From Candidatus Altiarchaeales archaeon WOR_SM1_SCG (GTDB taxonomy: Archaea; Altiarchaeota; Altiarchaeia; IMC4; WOR-SM1-SCG), in NCBI GenBank assembly GCA_001723845.1, contig MCBE01000110.1, positions 1 through 62,700 of the forward strand: a DNA stretch of 62,700 nucleotides. Reading direction: 5' to 3'. Below are positions 59,818 to 62,700 of the stretch, piece by piece. Below the pieces are notes generated by a model. The model was not told the origin of the DNA and searched no databases. It was given only the letters and a program-made list of their open reading frames with translations. The stretch's first letter is position 1. Each line of letters begins with the position of its first letter. Both the position numbers and the translations under genes were made by a program.

Positions 59818-60819
59818 TTATTTGTTTCGTGAAAATAAAGTTAATTTTTCCTGTATCACAGGTTTATCCTTATTCTTCTCATGGGTTAATAAATCTTTGC
59901 AGGTACTGTTTAGTTTTACTCTAATCAAATCCAGATCATCGTCGTTTTCAAATATTATGTCTGCACTTTTATCTGAAATTAATTTAGCATTACCTTCTGT
60001 TTTTTGATGGTCGGTAAATTCCTGCGTAGGTTTAAAAACAATCAGGGTGCGATTTTGTTCTTTACAAAACCTCACGGTGTGCATAGTTCCTCCTTTTATA
60101 TCTGTTTCAACGACAAAAATGCCCAGGGATAATCCGCTCTGGATTCTATCACGCTCAACAAAATAGATGCGAAAACTGTTTTTACCCCAGGAATATTCCG
60201 ATACAATCGCACCGTTTTTTTCAATTATTTCATCCGCAAGTTTTTTGTTTTCGGCAGGATAAACCGTGTGCAGTCCGTGGGCTAAAACAGCAATTGTTGT
60301 GCCGTTAACATCAAGCGCTCCTTTATGTGCCTGTGTATCAATACCGCTTGCAAGACCGCTTACGACAACAAACCCTTCCTTTGCAAAAACCCTGCCGAGT
60401 TTTCTTGCCGACTCTGCACCGTGTTGCGTTGGTTTTCTGGTACCGACTACTGCAATCATATTTTTTTGTGAAAGTGAATCAATATTTCCTTTAACATGCA
60501 GTAAAGCCGGCGGGTCAGGAATTTTTGCTAAATATTTTGGATACCCCGGACTTTTTCCAGATATTATTTTAATGCTATTTTCTTGTGATGTTTCCAATAT
60601 TTCCTTTGCTTTATTCCAGCATTTTTCAACTGTTTGAATGTTATCAGGTACCTTTATTTTTTTATTAATCTCATGTGCTTCTTTTAATCTGTCAAGTAAA
60701 TCCGATGGACTGCCTGGTTTAAAATCAGCGAATATTTTTAAAATTTCATCTATACTTTTTCGCCCGGTTCCTTTTATCTGTTGCAATGTTAGTATCGGTA
60801 ATATTTCTTTTGACTCCAT
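59818..60819 (-). CDS. dprA: DprA/Smf-family protein
   Basis: YPKYLAKIPDPPALLHVKG, AVVGTR, VVSGLASGIDTQAH, RDRIQSGLS, GGTMHT. The ATG at 60819 lies immediately after the PRTase stop. Confidence 0.92.
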   Translation of the reverse strand: MESKEILPILTLQQIKGTGRKSIDEILKIFADFKPGSPSDLLDRLKEAHEINKKIKVPDNIQTVEKCWNKAKEILETSQENSIKIISGKSPGYPKYLAKIPDPPALLHVKGNIDSLSQKNMIAVVGTRKPTQHGAESARKLGRVFAKEGFVVVSGLASGIDTQAHKGALDVNGTTIAVLAHGLHTVYPAENKKLADEIIEKNGAIVSEYSWGKNSFRIYFVERDRIQSGLSLGIFVVETDIKGGTMHTVRFCKEQNRTLIVFKPTQEFTDHQKTEGNAKLISDKSADIIFENDDDLDLIRVKLNSTCKDLLTHEKNKDKPVIQEKLTLFSRNK

Positions 60820-60820
60820 G

Positions 60821-61468
60821 TTAATATGTGGTTTTTCCAAGAGCCATTGCTATTACTTCAAAAGCCCCTGCTGTTTTTAATTTATGTATTCCTGCTTCAA
60901 ATGTCGTGCCTGTCGTTGTGACATCATCCAGCAGCAGAACTATTTTATCTTCAATAATATTTTCATTTTGAACGATAAGAGACGCAATTTCTTTTTCAAG
61001 ATTTCTTTCCCCGCCAAGATGTTTCTTTGGTATGGTTTCGTTACGGCATACACACCTGGTTCCGTCAATTATCGGCGGTCTGCATAATGATTCCGCAATT
61101 GTTCTTATTCCCGATGCAGAGGTTCCTTTTGCAGAAGAAGGCATAACGCATATAACAAATTCTTCATTATTTAAAAGAATATTGCCCAGAAGCGAGTTAA
61201 AGTAATTGACGGCGTTCATATAATAGTAATATTCTCCTGATTGTTGATCTAACATTTCTTCATCTTTTTTTATGGCAAGAATCATACGGGAGAACTCATC
61301 CATCTCCCCATAGTTTCCATCTCCCTTAGGGTAATATTTACCAATAAAGAACAGGTTGGGTTTATGCTTCTTAATCCTTTCGCTGTCTTTGAATATTTTA
61401 GAAACTGCCTGATTTATCTTTTCCGTCTCCAGGTCATACGAAGAGGTGTTTGAATGAGGTGAGATCAT
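60821..61468 (-). CDS. Phosphoribosyltransferase-fold protein (ComF/ShosT-like)
   Basis: VMPSS..., VLLLDDVTTTGTTF...LKTAGA..V..MALGKT PRPP-binding signature. Confidence 0.85.
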   Translation of the reverse strand: MISPHSNTSSYDLETEKINQAVSKIFKDSERIKKHKPNLFFIGKYYPKGDGNYGEMDEFSRMILAIKKDEEMLDQQSGEYYYYMNAVNYFNSLLGNILLNNEEFVICVMPSSAKGTSASGIRTIAESLCRPPIIDGTRCVCRNETIPKKHLGGERNLEKEIASLIVQNENIIEDKIVLLLDDVTTTGTTFEAGIHKLKTAGAFEVIAMALGKTTY

Positions 61469-61589
61469 CCTTAATTTTTTAGATTTAATTAAAAATTTAT
61501 TTTTTATTCTTTAAATTTGAGATGGAATAAAAAGATTATCACGGCTTCTTAAGTTATTATGCCCTGCCCCAAATATTCTATCTCCCCCC

Positions 61590-62498
61590 CTACATCCTTT
61601 CATACCTTCCCATGACCCCTTCCCATGAAGGAATATTCGTCTGGCAGCCCCATTTTTCAACAATGAATGATGCGGTTGCATTCCCGATTTTCACTGCTTC
61701 AATCAGATTAAAACCTTGCAGGTGCCCTGCAATAAACCCTGCGTTAAACGCATCCCCTGCTCCTGCCGTATCCACGACTTTTGTTTTAAATTTAGGAATA
61801 TCTTCATAAATGCCTTTTGCAAATATTTTACAGCCGTAAGAGCCTTTTGTAATCAAAAAAGCGGCAGGTCCCATCCTGAATTCAAAGTCAAAGCCCCTCT
61901 CTTTTAGCCACTCGTACTCGTGTTTATTTAAAACAAGAACATCCGTGTTTTTCAAAATCCTGTAGAAGTCCTCCGGAATTTTTTTAAAATTAAATACCCC
62001 GTAGCCGGGATTGTAAATTAAAAATTTATTTTTACAGTGCATTGAAACTTTTTTCTGCAGGTTTAGATAGGTGCGGGGCATAAAAATTGCACCCGTCTTT
62101 TTAATTAATTCAATATTCTCTTTGCCTATTTTTATTTCATCGGTTTTCTCTGCAATGCCTTTATGCAAAAAACTTATAAATTTATGAACTTTTTCTTTTT
62201 TGAAAAACATGGAATGCGCGGTCTCGCCTAATATTACATTCAGGTGTATGTCAACGCCCCTCTCCTTCATGTATGAAACGCATTCCTTTTCATCCCCGAA
62301 AGAGCCGACAACGCCTACAAATGATGTCTTTAACCCGAGAGCGGAAGCACAAACCGCGGTATTTGCACCCATCCCGCCGTAGAACCTTTTATGATTTATC
62401 ACATCAGCGGACTTATTGATCTCCGGGATTTCATTTACCTCATAGAAATTATCAACCACGATGTCTCCAAAGATTAGTAAATCAAACGAATCATTCAT
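61590..62498 (-). CDS. PfkB-family carbohydrate/nucleoside kinase
   Basis: GGMGANTA, NKHE, TKGSYG, DTAGAGDAFNAGF. Confidence 0.93.
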   Translation of the reverse strand: MNDSFDLLIFGDIVVDNFYEVNEIPEINKSADVINHKRFYGGMGANTAVCASALGLKTSFVGVVGSFGDEKECVSYMKERGVDIHLNVILGETAHSMFFKKEKVHKFISFLHKGIAEKTDEIKIGKENIELIKKTGAIFMPRTYLNLQKKVSMHCKNKFLIYNPGYGVFNFKKIPEDFYRILKNTDVLVLNKHEYEWLKERGFDFEFRMGPAAFLITKGSYGCKIFAKGIYEDIPKFKTKVVDTAGAGDAFNAGFIAGHLQGFNLIEAVKIGNATASFIVEKWGCQTNIPSWEGVMGRYERM

Positions 62499-62700
62499 AT
62501 ATTTTATTAAAATTAGCGGATAATATTTTGAATTATTTTAGTTTAGTTTAGGTTAAATTTAATTAGTTTAAAGCCCATCTTTCCCACGATTAGGTATTAA
62601 TAATTAAACTTTTTAATATAATAAATTGAAAAATACTTGTTGAGCATATAGTTTCTTGTATTCCTGTTATAATGTGCGATTTTCATTTTTGCCAATTTTA

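Noticed and set aside
14..62382. Numerous 60-180-aa ORFs antisense to or nested in long genes
   Set aside because: These are shadow frames of well-supported genes and carry no independent motifs.

Overview
This is an AT-rich archaeal chromosome segment (rps8e, AglB/STT3, archaeal RNase J, ino1, PHI, XPD-type helicase; the style suggests Altiarchaeota or a similar lineage, which the sequence alone cannot prove). The left two-thirds is an almost all minus-strand surface/secretion region. It holds a >1335-aa surface protein running off the left edge (absent from the ORF track), a 3100-aa DUF11-repeat protein, Cys-rich lipoproteins and a thioester alpha-2-macroglobulin. Housekeeping genes with two accessory inserts follow. 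The most unusual structures are: (1) a ~10-kb tandem array (3.6-13.4 kb) of five AlbA_2/Schlafen-HATPase-wHTH genes, four with near-identical 5' ends and all with divergent 3' parts, alternating with four truncated copies of the surface-protein N-terminus, each long gene ending in its own 11-13-bp tandem repeat; (2) four tandem structured RNA-like elements directly upstream of that array, with further copies at 25.4-25.7 kb; (3) two unrelated secreted-protein genes sharing a ~165-nt structured leader and a terminator, divergent from a CARF-like wHTH regulator; (4) an island with a divergent PCNA paralogue, a PD-(D/E)XK-like protein, a gene split by one in-frame TGA, and a PRTase-DprA pair; (5) an XPD helicase fused to RQC and HRDC domains. 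I found no CRISPR array, tRNA, rRNA, reverse transcriptase or transposase. All family calls come from motif recognition by eye, not from database searches.
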